DNA from: Micrococcaceae bacterium
GTDB lineage: Bacteria; Actinomycetota; Actinomycetes; Actinomycetales; Micrococcaceae
Reading direction: 5' to 3'
DNA: 64,000 nt
Assembly: GCA_047608145.1 (NCBI GenBank)
Contig: JASGDC010000033.1
Span: forward strand, 3,979 to 67,978
The position numbers and the translations under genes are program-made. The notes under the pieces were generated by a model that was given only the letters and a program-made list of their open reading frames with translations, made no database searches and was not told where the DNA came from. Every line of letters starts with the position of its first letter. Position 1 is the stretch's first letter. Positions 8,662 to 17,934 of the stretch are shown here, in pieces.

Positions 8662-10580
8662 GCAGTAATCTTATATAACTTCGCATTTCCTTTTTGGTCT
8701 TCTAATTTAAAACCTGGTGAATTATCCAAATTTTGATAACCAACAAAATCTCTTCCAGCAGGTTGATTTGGAGGATTCTGATCAATTGGCATTGTGGAGT
8801 CCATATAATTAGTTCCAAAATCCAAAACATACTTGATATTCTTTGCTTTAACAGCTGTGCAAACTGTTGGGTCACTGCTAACTTTGTTAAGTTTAGTAGC
8901 AATTACACGTTCATTATTATCTTGATAGTACGTACCGAGCATTGGAAAAAGTACATGCCTATCTGTTAATGCATAAACCAACGATCCTCCATTAAAGGGA
9001 TTATCAGCTATCACTGCATCCTCCGGAACTTTTTTTGAAATGTCTGAGATTAGCTGCAGTTTATTTTGATCCATAAGCGATGAGTCCGGGTTTGGATAAT
9101 AAGTCGTTTCAAAAATATTTTTAATACTTTGTTTAACACCAATACTTTGCGTTGCAATCAAAGCTACTATACTAGCTGCTGCAAAAAATTGCTTTAGATA
9201 ATTTTGTGGAATTAATTTAGCAAGTTCATCAACTAATACACAAACTAGTGGCACTGCATAAATAACCGCAAACGCTGCGATACGGTTACCATCGTTATAC
9301 CATATTCCAGTTAAAATACTTCTAAATTGTCCCTCGGGGTAAGCAACACAAACGACATAAATAAAAGCTCCAATTAAAAAGCCAAAACTTAAGAAACGCC
9401 ATTTTGGGCGCACCAGTGATATGATAAAGCCGGCAACTACAGCAATTGTGATTACATGGAACTTTTCTGACATATAGCTTGTGTTAAACCAGTTATAAAT
9501 TCCTTCTACGATATTCTGATTTGGTTTCCATAAATACGGCACCGTCAGCTTTACCCATACAATACTAATAGTAATAACTACAATAATCGTAATTACGAAA
9601 AAAATTAGTTTTCCACTTTTTGTTTTTGCATTAGAAATTAATTGAATACTATATTCCACCAACAAAGGAATAACTAAGATAAAAGTGGAGAAAATTGCAT
9701 TTGGGTGAGAAAAAGCAGTACCAGCGAGAATAGTAACTACAATCGAGAAAGCCATTACCTGCTTTAATTCAATATGCTCTGGCTTTCGCACCACGATATA
9801 GATACTGGCAACTAATAATGGAATAAACGAATACCCAAGAATGTTAGGGAGTAGTCCTCCAGTTGCTAAAAGTGCATATGGAAAAATCGGGAATGTCCCC
9901 GCTAATAAAGTACCAATACTCCAAATTGCTGGATACTTAGGAAATAATACATAAATTAAGAATAGCATTGAACAAATCCATAATTGTGATGCTATGAAAA
10001 CAGTAAAGATATTATATGCTATTGGAATTGTAGTGTGAGTCAAAGAGATAATTTGCGCAACGAACTCATGAAAAACTGCTGGGTAAAAAACATTAACTCT
10101 ACCTTGCAAAAAATTACTAATAGTAAATGGTGAAGCAGAACCTGAATCTATAATATATCTAATAGCATTTTGATGAAATACTCCATCCCAACTTAATGCT
10201 GGATTTTTTGGGTTAAGTATAGTTCTTAACATATGGTAACCAATAATTGCACTACCGATTAACCAAGATACAAGCAAATACTTATCTTCCGTATTTAACT
10301 TAAAATCTATTCTGAGTTTCTCTCCTTTTAACGATGAAACTCCAAGAATAAAAAATGCTAATGGTAGTGCGGACCACCAACTCCACTTAATATGAATGAA
10401 ATTAAATGCAATTGCCGAAATAGTGACAAGAAGAGCACTAAAAACAGGGGCAAAAAATAGAGTATATTTAAGTTTTATTCTAAGGCTTATCCCAATTACA
10501 ATCCCTGGTAAATAAACTAAAAGAAAACTTACTGCGTAAACTCCAATAGTAGGAAACCAGTTAATTAATACTTCACGCAT
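8652..10580 (-). CDS. Polytopic envelope protein, GT-C-glycosyltransferase-like, paralog 2
   Basis: 642 aa. LVYLPG, SWDGVFHQNAIRYIIDSGSASPFTISNF and FYPAVFH motifs, C-terminal NLDNSPGFKLEDQKGNAKLYKITAC. The stop overlaps the paralog 1 start by 10 nt. Confidence 0.65.
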   Translation of the reverse strand: MREVLINWFPTIGVYAVSFLLVYLPGIVIGISLRIKLKYTLFFAPVFSALLVTISAIAFNFIHIKWSWWSALPLAFFILGVSSLKGEKLRIDFKLNTEDKYLLVSWLIGSAIIGYHMLRTILNPKNPALSWDGVFHQNAIRYIIDSGSASPFTISNFLQGRVNVFYPAVFHEFVAQIISLTHTTIPIAYNIFTVFIASQLWICSMLFLIYVLFPKYPAIWSIGTLLAGTFPIFPYALLATGGLLPNILGYSFIPLLVASIYIVVRKPEHIELKQVMAFSIVVTILAGTAFSHPNAIFSTFILVIPLLVEYSIQLISNAKTKSGKLIFFVITIIVVITISIVWVKLTVPYLWKPNQNIVEGIYNWFNTSYMSEKFHVITIAVVAGFIISLVRPKWRFLSFGFLIGAFIYVVCVAYPEGQFRSILTGIWYNDGNRIAAFAVIYAVPLVCVLVDELAKLIPQNYLKQFFAAASIVALIATQSIGVKQSIKNIFETTYYPNPDSSLMDQNKLQLISDISKKVPEDAVIADNPFNGGSLVYALTDRHVLFPMLGTYYQDNNERVIATKLNKVSSDPTVCTAVKAKNIKYVLDFGTNYMDSTMPIDQNPPNQPAGRDFVGYQNLDNSPGFKLEDQKGNAKLYKITACP

Positions 10581-10607
10581 TAGTGTTCCTTATTGTCACT
10601 TTATATA

Positions 10608-11681
10608 CTATGCATTACTGATATTTTTAAAGTAAAGAGCTAAATCTGCTACTTGTTGCTCAAATACTGCTTTTTCATTAGCAACCTTATTACGATACAC
10701 TTCCTGTAATTTAAAAAGTTCATCGTAAAAATTTTCATCATGAGAAAGTCTCTTAAACATTTTAGTTGTATTAATCAATATATCCTTATCATAAGGAATT
10801 TTAGACTGATCTCCAATAGGGAAATCAGTATCATTATCAGCAACAGCACCTCTGTTTGCGAGTAGTAATAAACACTGATTAAGAGCAGCTTCACGAGGCA
10901 AACCATCGTTTCCTGGTTGTGGCCCAAAGTCTAAGAAATATCGGCTTTCTTTAAGCACTTCCTGGACTTGCTGGTAATTCATATCTTTAATACCAATAAA
11001 ATTAAATTCTGGGAGGGTTTTGAATAGTTTTTCGATTAACCCTTGGTCTTTCGTAGCACTATAAGCAATCTGCATTTGGCTTTTATTGGTATTAGAATCT
11101 ATTCCTACCATATTTTTATAATCTATAAGTGGTATACCATCCTTATTAAAACATTTCTTAACCCAATTATGTGAATATTCCGTCTGTATTAAATGCACAA
11201 TTTCTGGGTGTTCTTTTATTTTATTTTGGTATTTTTTAGGGTCTTTAGCACGCCATTTAAACACCTTCATACCGATACTTAGTATATTACTTCTACCTTT
11301 TGAATCTAAAGGATTTAAATTTGAGCGCAATAATACAGGAATCGAATCTACAACTTGTAATTTCGGGAAAGTTGGAGAGTAATTAACACTAACCCACCAA
11401 ATAAACTTATGCTTACTTTTCATACTCAATAGGTAATTTATGTAATTTCGAGACTCAGGTGAAATTATGATATCCGTGTCACTAATTGCTGAAAATTTGA
11501 TTTCTGGACAGTTATAGCTTGCGTATTGTTTTACAGGTTTTTCTTTTTCAGTTTCTGGGATAGCAACTAAATATGCTGCAATCCCTTCTTTATTTAATTG
11601 TGAAACAAGTTGGTGAAAAGCTTCAGGACCACCAGTTTGAAGCCCCTTAGGGTACAAAACTACCACTCTAAAATTGTTCAT
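10608..11681 (-). CDS. Divergent GT-B-like glycosyltransferase (hypothetical)
   Basis: 357 aa. N-terminal VVLYPKGLQTGGPEAFHQL resembles the GT4 Gly-rich loop. GNDGLPREAALNQC resembles the EX7E region. Lies within the glycan locus. Confidence 0.4.
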   Translation of the reverse strand: MNNFRVVVLYPKGLQTGGPEAFHQLVSQLNKEGIAAYLVAIPETEKEKPVKQYASYNCPEIKFSAISDTDIIISPESRNYINYLLSMKSKHKFIWWVSVNYSPTFPKLQVVDSIPVLLRSNLNPLDSKGRSNILSIGMKVFKWRAKDPKKYQNKIKEHPEIVHLIQTEYSHNWVKKCFNKDGIPLIDYKNMVGIDSNTNKSQMQIAYSATKDQGLIEKLFKTLPEFNFIGIKDMNYQQVQEVLKESRYFLDFGPQPGNDGLPREAALNQCLLLLANRGAVADNDTDFPIGDQSKIPYDKDILINTTKMFKRLSHDENFYDELFKLQEVYRNKVANEKAVFEQQVADLALYFKNISNA

Positions 11682-11799
11682 TCTACCCTTCCGCTATGAT
11701 ATTAACAATAAATATAATATACATACTACCAAACTATAGTTTTTATATTATTTTTATTTCGAAGCTATAAAAGTACCAGCTATATGAGAAAATATATTT

Positions 11800-12954
11800 A
11801 TGAAAAAAATTATTATTGCTACTAGAATTTATGCTCCAGAACCAGCAGCAGCCGCTTTTAGGTTACGTAATTTAGCCAAAGGTTTTACCTCATTAAGAGC
11901 GAAAACAAAAGTAATAACTACTACTGTTCCTAATCTTAAAGAAGAACTTAATGACAAAGATGTCACTATCGAACGCAAATGGGCACTTCGAAACAAACAA
12001 GGGAATATTAAAGGTTATTTAAACTATTTAAGTTTCGATATTCCACTCTTTATTAGAATGCTTAAAGCAGAAACTCCAGATGTTTATGTAAGTGAACCAC
12101 CAGTCACTACTGCCACCGTAGTAAATACTGTAGCAAGATTGCGTAAACGCCCATGGGCATACTATGCGGCAGATGTTTGGAGCGTTGCAGCAAAGTCTTT
12201 TGGTGCTCCAGCTCAGATTGTAAAAGCGCTTGAAATATTAGAGTGCAAAATGCTTAATTTCTCAAACCTTGTTTTAACTGTTTCACCAAATATGTCACAA
12301 CAACTTCAAGATATCGGTGTAAAACCTGAAAAGATTGAAATTGTTGGCAATGGGGTTGATATGAGTATATTCAATTCTGAAGCAGATAAACCAAACCATA
12401 AACTAGCTCAGAAACCTTACTTTATATATGCTGGAACTCTGTCTGCTTGGCAAGGTACTGATATATTTATTAATGCATTACCAAAAGTGCTAGAAAAATA
12501 CCCAAATATGAACATAATCATTCTGGGGCAAGGTGACCACGAACAAGCACTACGTGGTGCAGCAACAAAAGCTGCACCAAATAACGTACATTTTCTTGGC
12601 GTAAAACCTGGCGAAGAAGCTGCTAAATGGATTGCTCATGCTGAGGCTTCCCTTGCTAGTGTTGACCCAGCACAAGGCTATACCGTCGCCCAGCCTACTA
12701 AGACTTTTGCAGCTTCTGCATGTGGAACTCCCGTGATTTATGCAGGCAATGATGCTGGTAGTGAACTTGTTAAGCGTGAAAATCTTGGAATTGCCGTAGA
12801 TTATCAAATACCAGAAGTAGCTGATGCTATGTTAGAAATGTTAAATAACCCATGGCAAAATCGTAAAAGACTTAGCAATTGGGCTAGCGAGAATGCTTCA
12901 TTACAGAATATCGGGAAAAAAGCTGCGGAGCTTATTCTTAATTTAACTTCTTAG
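11800..12954 (+). CDS. Glycosyltransferase family 4 (GT-B, WbuB-like)
   Basis: 384 aa. N-terminal IIIATRIYAPEPAAAAFR and the C-terminal half GTLSAWQG...QPTKTFAASACGTPVIY are typical of GT4. Confidence 0.75.
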   Translation: MKKIIIATRIYAPEPAAAAFRLRNLAKGFTSLRAKTKVITTTVPNLKEELNDKDVTIERKWALRNKQGNIKGYLNYLSFDIPLFIRMLKAETPDVYVSEPPVTTATVVNTVARLRKRPWAYYAADVWSVAAKSFGAPAQIVKALEILECKMLNFSNLVLTVSPNMSQQLQDIGVKPEKIEIVGNGVDMSIFNSEADKPNHKLAQKPYFIYAGTLSAWQGTDIFINALPKVLEKYPNMNIIILGQGDHEQALRGAATKAAPNNVHFLGVKPGEEAAKWIAHAEASLASVDPAQGYTVAQPTKTFAASACGTPVIYAGNDAGSELVKRENLGIAVDYQIPEVADAMLEMLNNPWQNRKRLSNWASENASLQNIGKKAAELILNLTS

Positions 12955-13777
12955 CCCCATACAGCATCTCATAGCCGTGTTTAGCTGCTTGCACCTTACA
13001 CTTTAGTATTTTCTTGCTTTGCCATGTGCCAAAAGTATAGTTTGTAATATGATGCACTACCACAGAAGGTATTAATATAATGCGCAAACCTAACTTTTTA
13101 CATTGTTCAGCAATATAAAGCTCTTCACCGTATAAAAATACTTCGTAATTGAAGTTACCACCACGAGCAAAAAACTCACTTGTAAAAATCATAAAAGAAC
13201 CATGTGCGGCGTATATATCTTGTTCTTTAAGCTTTATGTCTCTTTTATTACCAAGTTTTTCACGTAGAGCAGAAGAATATAAATCTACTAAAGTGGAAAA
13301 TTGGGAGGCCCAAGTATTTGCGTGCATGTAAGTACGCAATTTCATTGCTTTTTCACTTGGACGATTTTTTAACATCGGATTTTGATGGCTATTACGTTTA
13401 ATTGAATAAATATCTGGAGCAAAAACCCCAACATCGTCATAATTTTCAGTAATATTAACTAATTCCTGTAGAGTATTTTCATTGTCAAAATACAAATCAA
13501 GATTAGACACTATCACTATGTCATTACTATCTACTTCACGAATATTCTTACTAAAACCATACTGGGCAGCTCCAAAGAAACCTTGGTTCTTTTTTGCATC
13601 AATGATTTTAACTCTTGCATCGTCAGAAATATCTCTAAGTTTATTAAGTTCAGACGTGTTCTCACTATTATCAACAATGTAAAGGGTCCAATCTTTGTAT
13701 GTTTGCGATTGAAAAGATTCGATATATTGTTTTGCGACATCTGAAGAAAAGTAATTAACAGCTAGGACATTTAACAC
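12938..13777 (-). CDS. Glycosyltransferase family 2
   Basis: 279 aa. The GTG start is preceded by GGAGGA. GT-A-like N-terminus (LAVNYFSS...YIVDNSEN) with NLD acidic motif. The 3' end overlaps the convergent GT4 gene by 17 nt. Confidence 0.65.
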   Translation of the reverse strand: MLNVLAVNYFSSDVAKQYIESFQSQTYKDWTLYIVDNSENTSELNKLRDISDDARVKIIDAKKNQGFFGAAQYGFSKNIREVDSNDIVIVSNLDLYFDNENTLQELVNITENYDDVGVFAPDIYSIKRNSHQNPMLKNRPSEKAMKLRTYMHANTWASQFSTLVDLYSSALREKLGNKRDIKLKEQDIYAAHGSFMIFTSEFFARGGNFNYEVFLYGEELYIAEQCKKLGLRIILIPSVVVHHITNYTFGTWQSKKILKCKVQAAKHGYEMLYGAKKLN

Positions 13778-13903
13778 TTAAATCCTCCATTTTAATTGTT
13801 AAAGTTTAAGAAAATGCTTACGCTCTTAAACTCTTATTTATAATTTATAATACGCTAGAATTAAGGTAGTTTTAGATATAACTTAGAGAACAGGTATAAG
13901 TAT

Positions 13904-14896
13904 ATGAGTAATAATAATTTTGGGGTCATAGTTATGGCTTGCTATAAACCTCGTGAAGATCTCTTAACTCAGCAACTAAAATCCATTCAAAATCAGACAC
14001 ATCAAAACTTTAAATGTATTCTAAGTAGTGATGGCGATCCTAAACTACTTGAAGAATTAGTTACAAAAATCTGTAAAGGTGACCCCCGTTTTGAAGTAAT
14101 AGGTTTCAAAACACGTTTAGGGTTTCCTGGAAACTTTGAAAGAGGTTTGAAGCACCTACCAGAAAAAACTAAATGGATTGCATTAAGCGATCAGGATGAT
14201 TATTGGTATCCTGAAAAACTAAAAACTCTCATACCTTATTTATCTAAATATTCTTTAGTTTCAGGGCAAGCAAATGTAGTTACTAGCGACAAATCTACCA
14301 TGGTAGGCAAGAAAAGTGATAAAACTACTGATCGAGCAGCTGTTTCTGCTAGAGGTCTTATTATGCAAAATCAAATAACAGGGAGTTTCTCTATGCTCTC
14401 TCCAGAAGTACTTGACATTGCACTGCCTATACCTAAAATGAATGACCAAACTGTTTACCATGATCAATGGCTTGGGCTTTGTGCTATAGCCTTAAAAGGT
14501 ATCCATATAGTCGATATTCCATTACAGAACTATGTACAACATTCAAATAATTTTGTAGGAGAGGCTAAAAACGGTCCAATCATAGGTTTCTTAAATACTA
14601 TGAAAAAATGGAAAAATAAGTTCCCAGAAGCAAATAACTTCAACCTAGTAAGACTTGGACTACATGACTTACATAACTCTGGCGTTGGTAAGAATATGTT
14701 TATAACTAAGACATTACAAAAAAGGCTAGAAGTTAAAAATATAGAACCAAATCAGCAAATTAGAGATTTGTTTGATGTTTATACAGCAACGAAAAATAGT
14801 AAATTTATTATTGCTAAAGCCATAATAAATAACGTGCAGAACAAAGAAACTTCTAAACAGAGAGCTGTAGAGTTACTAGTCGGTTTGCCTTTTTAA
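13904..14896 (+). CDS. Glycosyltransferase family 2
   Basis: 330 aa. GVIVMACYKP...QNQTHQNF...SSDGD and LSDQDDYW (DxD-type) motifs. Confidence 0.7.
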   Translation: MSNNNFGVIVMACYKPREDLLTQQLKSIQNQTHQNFKCILSSDGDPKLLEELVTKICKGDPRFEVIGFKTRLGFPGNFERGLKHLPEKTKWIALSDQDDYWYPEKLKTLIPYLSKYSLVSGQANVVTSDKSTMVGKKSDKTTDRAAVSARGLIMQNQITGSFSMLSPEVLDIALPIPKMNDQTVYHDQWLGLCAIALKGIHIVDIPLQNYVQHSNNFVGEAKNGPIIGFLNTMKKWKNKFPEANNFNLVRLGLHDLHNSGVGKNMFITKTLQKRLEVKNIEPNQQIRDLFDVYTATKNSKFIIAKAIINNVQNKETSKQRAVELLVGLPF

Positions 14897-14899
14897 TTT

Positions 14900-16216
14900 C
14901 TAATTAGAAATACCTGGCGCATAGTATTCAAAGCCGTTCATAACCCAAGATTCACTTTCTAGGCAATTCTTACCATCAAAAACTCGTGGCACATTGACCA
15001 ACTTAGACAAACTAGAAGTATCTAATTCTTTAAACTCACGCCATTCGGTACCTACAAATATCAAATCAGCATTTTTAACTGCTTCTTTTGTGCTGCTAAC
15101 AACCTTAAAATCATAACTATCAAGTAACGGGTTATTAATTGCTTCAGGATCATAAGCTACTACTTCAGCACCAAATTCGTGACTCTTCTGAGCTATGGAT
15201 AAAGCTGGCGAATCTCGCAAATCATCACTATCCGCTTTAAAAGCTAGCCCTAAAACGGCAATCTTCTTGCCCTTAAGCCCACCAAGAATTTCATTAAATT
15301 TTTCCACAATACGCTCACGAGCATGTTTATTGATAGTATCAACTTCGCGTAAAAAATTAGCTGGACCAGCTATATCTAATTCTTCAACTCTTGCTTTTAA
15401 CGCACGGATATCTTTTGGTAAACAACCGCCACCAAATCCAATACCTGCATTTAAAAATCTAGAACCGATACGCTCATCTAGTCCAATTGCATATGCTAAT
15501 TCACGAACATTACCTCCCGTAACTTCACAAACTTCAGCTATAGCATTTATAAAAGAAATTTTAGTAGCAAGAAAAGAATTAGCAGAAACTTTTACCAACT
15601 CTGCTGTTGAATAGTTAGTAGTAATTTTTTGTATACCTTGTTTAAAGTAATGTTCATAAACTTGGTCTAAAACCTCTTCGCCTTGTTTTGCCTTGGTTTT
15701 CTCATCAGAGAGACCGTACACTATCCGATCTGGAGATAATGTATCTTTTACAGCAAAGCCCTCTCGAAGAAACTCTGGATTCCAAACCAACACAGTTTCC
15801 GGAGCATTATCAGCTAATATCTTAGCAATTTTTATTGCTGTACCAACAGGCACAGTCGACTTACCAACAACTACATCTCCTGGCTTTAAAGAAGGTAATA
15901 AAGAATTAATCGCTGCTAATACAAATGTTGTGTCAGCAGCTTCACTATCCTTAGATTGTGGGGTGCCAACACCAATAAAATGAACAGTCGCATCTGCAAC
16001 ATCCGAAAAATTAGTACTGAAATTTAACTTATTAGCTGCTGTGGCTTTTGCTATCATATCAGCTAATCCTGGCTCATAAAAAGGAGTCTGTTGCTTTTTT
16101 AATTGGCTTATTTTATCATTATCAACATCAATACCAATTACGTTATGACCAATTTCAGCCATACAAGCAGCATGAACTGCCCCAAGGTATCCACAGCCAA
16201 TTACTGAAATCAACAT
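14900..16216 (-). CDS. ugd: UDP-glucose 6-dehydrogenase
   Basis: 438 aa. Rossmann VIGCGYLGAVHA, catalytic GFGGGCLPKD, and a C-terminal UDP-binding domain. Confidence 0.9.
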   Translation of the reverse strand: MLISVIGCGYLGAVHAACMAEIGHNVIGIDVDNDKISQLKKQQTPFYEPGLADMIAKATAANKLNFSTNFSDVADATVHFIGVGTPQSKDSEAADTTFVLAAINSLLPSLKPGDVVVGKSTVPVGTAIKIAKILADNAPETVLVWNPEFLREGFAVKDTLSPDRIVYGLSDEKTKAKQGEEVLDQVYEHYFKQGIQKITTNYSTAELVKVSANSFLATKISFINAIAEVCEVTGGNVRELAYAIGLDERIGSRFLNAGIGFGGGCLPKDIRALKARVEELDIAGPANFLREVDTINKHARERIVEKFNEILGGLKGKKIAVLGLAFKADSDDLRDSPALSIAQKSHEFGAEVVAYDPEAINNPLLDSYDFKVVSSTKEAVKNADLIFVGTEWREFKELDTSSLSKLVNVPRVFDGKNCLESESWVMNGFEYYAPGISN

Positions 16217-16481
16217 ATAAATCTCCTGAAAAACTAAAAGTACATTATTGTTTACTATCCTACTCTATAATAACAGTGCTATTCTTATTTCCCTTATTTC
16301 TATTTTCTATAAACTTTATAACTTAGATTACCGACACTATTAAACTTCATTCCTAAAGACATATGAGCTAGTATTAATTAACAGCAAAATAACTGATGCA
16401 CAAATATAATAGTTGTTACAATATTTGCATAAGTTATATAGCGTGAGGTATTAAATTTAATTTTTCTTTGATGGGATTATT

Positions 16482-17738
16482 TTGACTGATAACTATGATA
16501 CAAAAAGTAATCTTTCTAAGATATTTTCTAATATATTAAGATTCGTAGGACCACAGTTAATACCGGCTATCTCAGGTTTTTTTTGCATGTCTATTTTTAG
16601 CCACCGTTTTGGAGGAGAACCACTTTTAGCGTACGGGGTAGGAATAGCGTACGGGTCTATAATATCCACAATAGCTATGTGGGGATGGGGATCTATAGGA
16701 GCAGCCTTAGTTGCCCCCGTTGAAGAAAAAAAACGATTAGAAATTTTGTGGTGCTCTAATAAAATGGTTTTTTTAATTACAGCAGTACTACTCCCTTTTT
16801 TCCTTCTCCTCCTTATCCAAAGTGCTCCCGCACAAGGCAAGTTGGTAGCAATACTTGCTTTCTTTACTCCAGTAGTTTTGTCATTCATACCTAAGTGGTG
16901 GTTTATTGCAACAAACAGACCAGCACATTTAATGAAATTTATAGTCGCTCCACAAGTAGCTGGAAACGTAGCTGCAATCGTATTAATGATAGTGGATAAC
17001 TCACCAATTTATTTCCCACTATGTTTATTAATTGCAAATACTATCTCTGTCATATACTTTTTCACTTCTAGAAAAGTTTGGGCATATAAGAGCGAGCTTA
17101 AAGTATTACCTCGACTTAAAGAACAATTCCATGCCTTTTTAATTGGGGCAGGGGCTATGTTGTACACAAGAACAATGCTACCGATTGTAACGCTAGTTAG
17201 TACTTCAATTGCGGTCTCATTTAATCAAGGAATACAGTTGTACAGTTATTGGCTACTTTCAGTACAAGTTATGGGATCTTCTTTTCAAAGTTTTGTTAAT
17301 CGCGATGGAAAAAAGTCTGTAGAAGGTACCCATAAGCTAACGGTACTATGCTTACTAATTTTTGGGCTAGTCTTCGGAAGTGCCCTATGGCTGCTAGGAC
17401 CATTCTTCAGTAAATTAGTATTTGGGAGTTCATTTGCTAATACTAGTATTGATTTCTTTTTATTAGGTTTAACCTTCCTAGCTATTTGCATGGTTACTGC
17501 TTTTATATCCTTGTATTTAAATCCGTTAGGTTATGCTTATGCGTCGTCAAGAGCAACTATAGTTTCTGGAATTATCGGTGTTATTTCCATCTATTTATTA
17601 ACTAAATACTTTGGTTTACACGGTGCTTACGTAGCATTCTTTGGCGGAGAAGGAATTGTTGCCTTCTCGGCAATTATATACAGCATTAGATATAAAAAAG
17701 GTAAGCTTAAAATGCCAGTAATGAACATGAAACTATAA
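16482..17738 (+). CDS. Multi-TM polysaccharide flippase-like protein (Wzx/MOP-like)
   Basis: 418 aa, roughly 12 hydrophobic segments, at the end of the glycan locus. The TTG start is uncertain and I recognised no diagnostic motif. Confidence 0.45.
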   Translation: MTDNYDTKSNLSKIFSNILRFVGPQLIPAISGFFCMSIFSHRFGGEPLLAYGVGIAYGSIISTIAMWGWGSIGAALVAPVEEKKRLEILWCSNKMVFLITAVLLPFFLLLLIQSAPAQGKLVAILAFFTPVVLSFIPKWWFIATNRPAHLMKFIVAPQVAGNVAAIVLMIVDNSPIYFPLCLLIANTISVIYFFTSRKVWAYKSELKVLPRLKEQFHAFLIGAGAMLYTRTMLPIVTLVSTSIAVSFNQGIQLYSYWLLSVQVMGSSFQSFVNRDGKKSVEGTHKLTVLCLLIFGLVFGSALWLLGPFFSKLVFGSSFANTSIDFFLLGLTFLAICMVTAFISLYLNPLGYAYASSRATIVSGIIGVISIYLLTKYFGLHGAYVAFFGGEGIVAFSAIIYSIRYKKGKLKMPVMNMKL

Positions 17739-17771
17739 TTCTTCTTTAAAATAGTATGAACTCATATTTTA

Positions 17772-17802
17772 TTGGCATAAGAAGCAACCAGTCTGCTACA
17801 AT
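17772..17802 (+). promoter_or_regulatory. Candidate promoter of SRP RNA
   Basis: TACAAT at 17797-17802 lies 7 nt upstream of the predicted RNA 5' end. TTGGCA at 17772-17777 gives a long 19-nt spacer. Confidence 0.4.
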
Positions 17803-17809
17803 AATTAAT

Positions 17810-17896
17810 GACTCTTTGCATGGTGTCATCTTGTAAACTCCCCCAGGATCGGAAGGTAGCAAGGGTACGCAAGCTCTGTCAGGTATGCAAAGGGTC
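17810..17896 (+). ncRNA. ffs: Signal recognition particle RNA (small 4.5S type)
   Basis: Closing helix GACTCTTTGCA/TGCAAAGGGTC. Conserved domain IV core CCCAGGATCGGAAGGTAGCAAGGG. Canonical position upstream of dnaX. Confidence 0.8.
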
Positions 17897-17934
17897 ATTT
17901 TAATATCTATGGAATTTTTTACTTCTCATTTATT

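Noticed and set aside
15195-15983. Long antisense ORFs inside well-supported genes. Examples: 15195-15614 and 15693-15983 in ugd, 16493-16888, 19722-20093 in dnaX, 29371-29703 in purA, 39512-39868, 41620-41865, 63409-63804.
   Set aside because: All lie opposite strongly recognisable genes. They have low-complexity or Ser/Pro/Ala-rich translations and no SD or start context. This is typical shadow-ORF behaviour.
6447-17896. Reading the glycan locus as an integrated mobile island at tRNA-Ser.
   Set aside because: There is no integrase or recombinase. I could find no direct repeat of the tRNA 3' end at the distal side, and no mobility genes. A variable chromosomal glycan locus describes it better.
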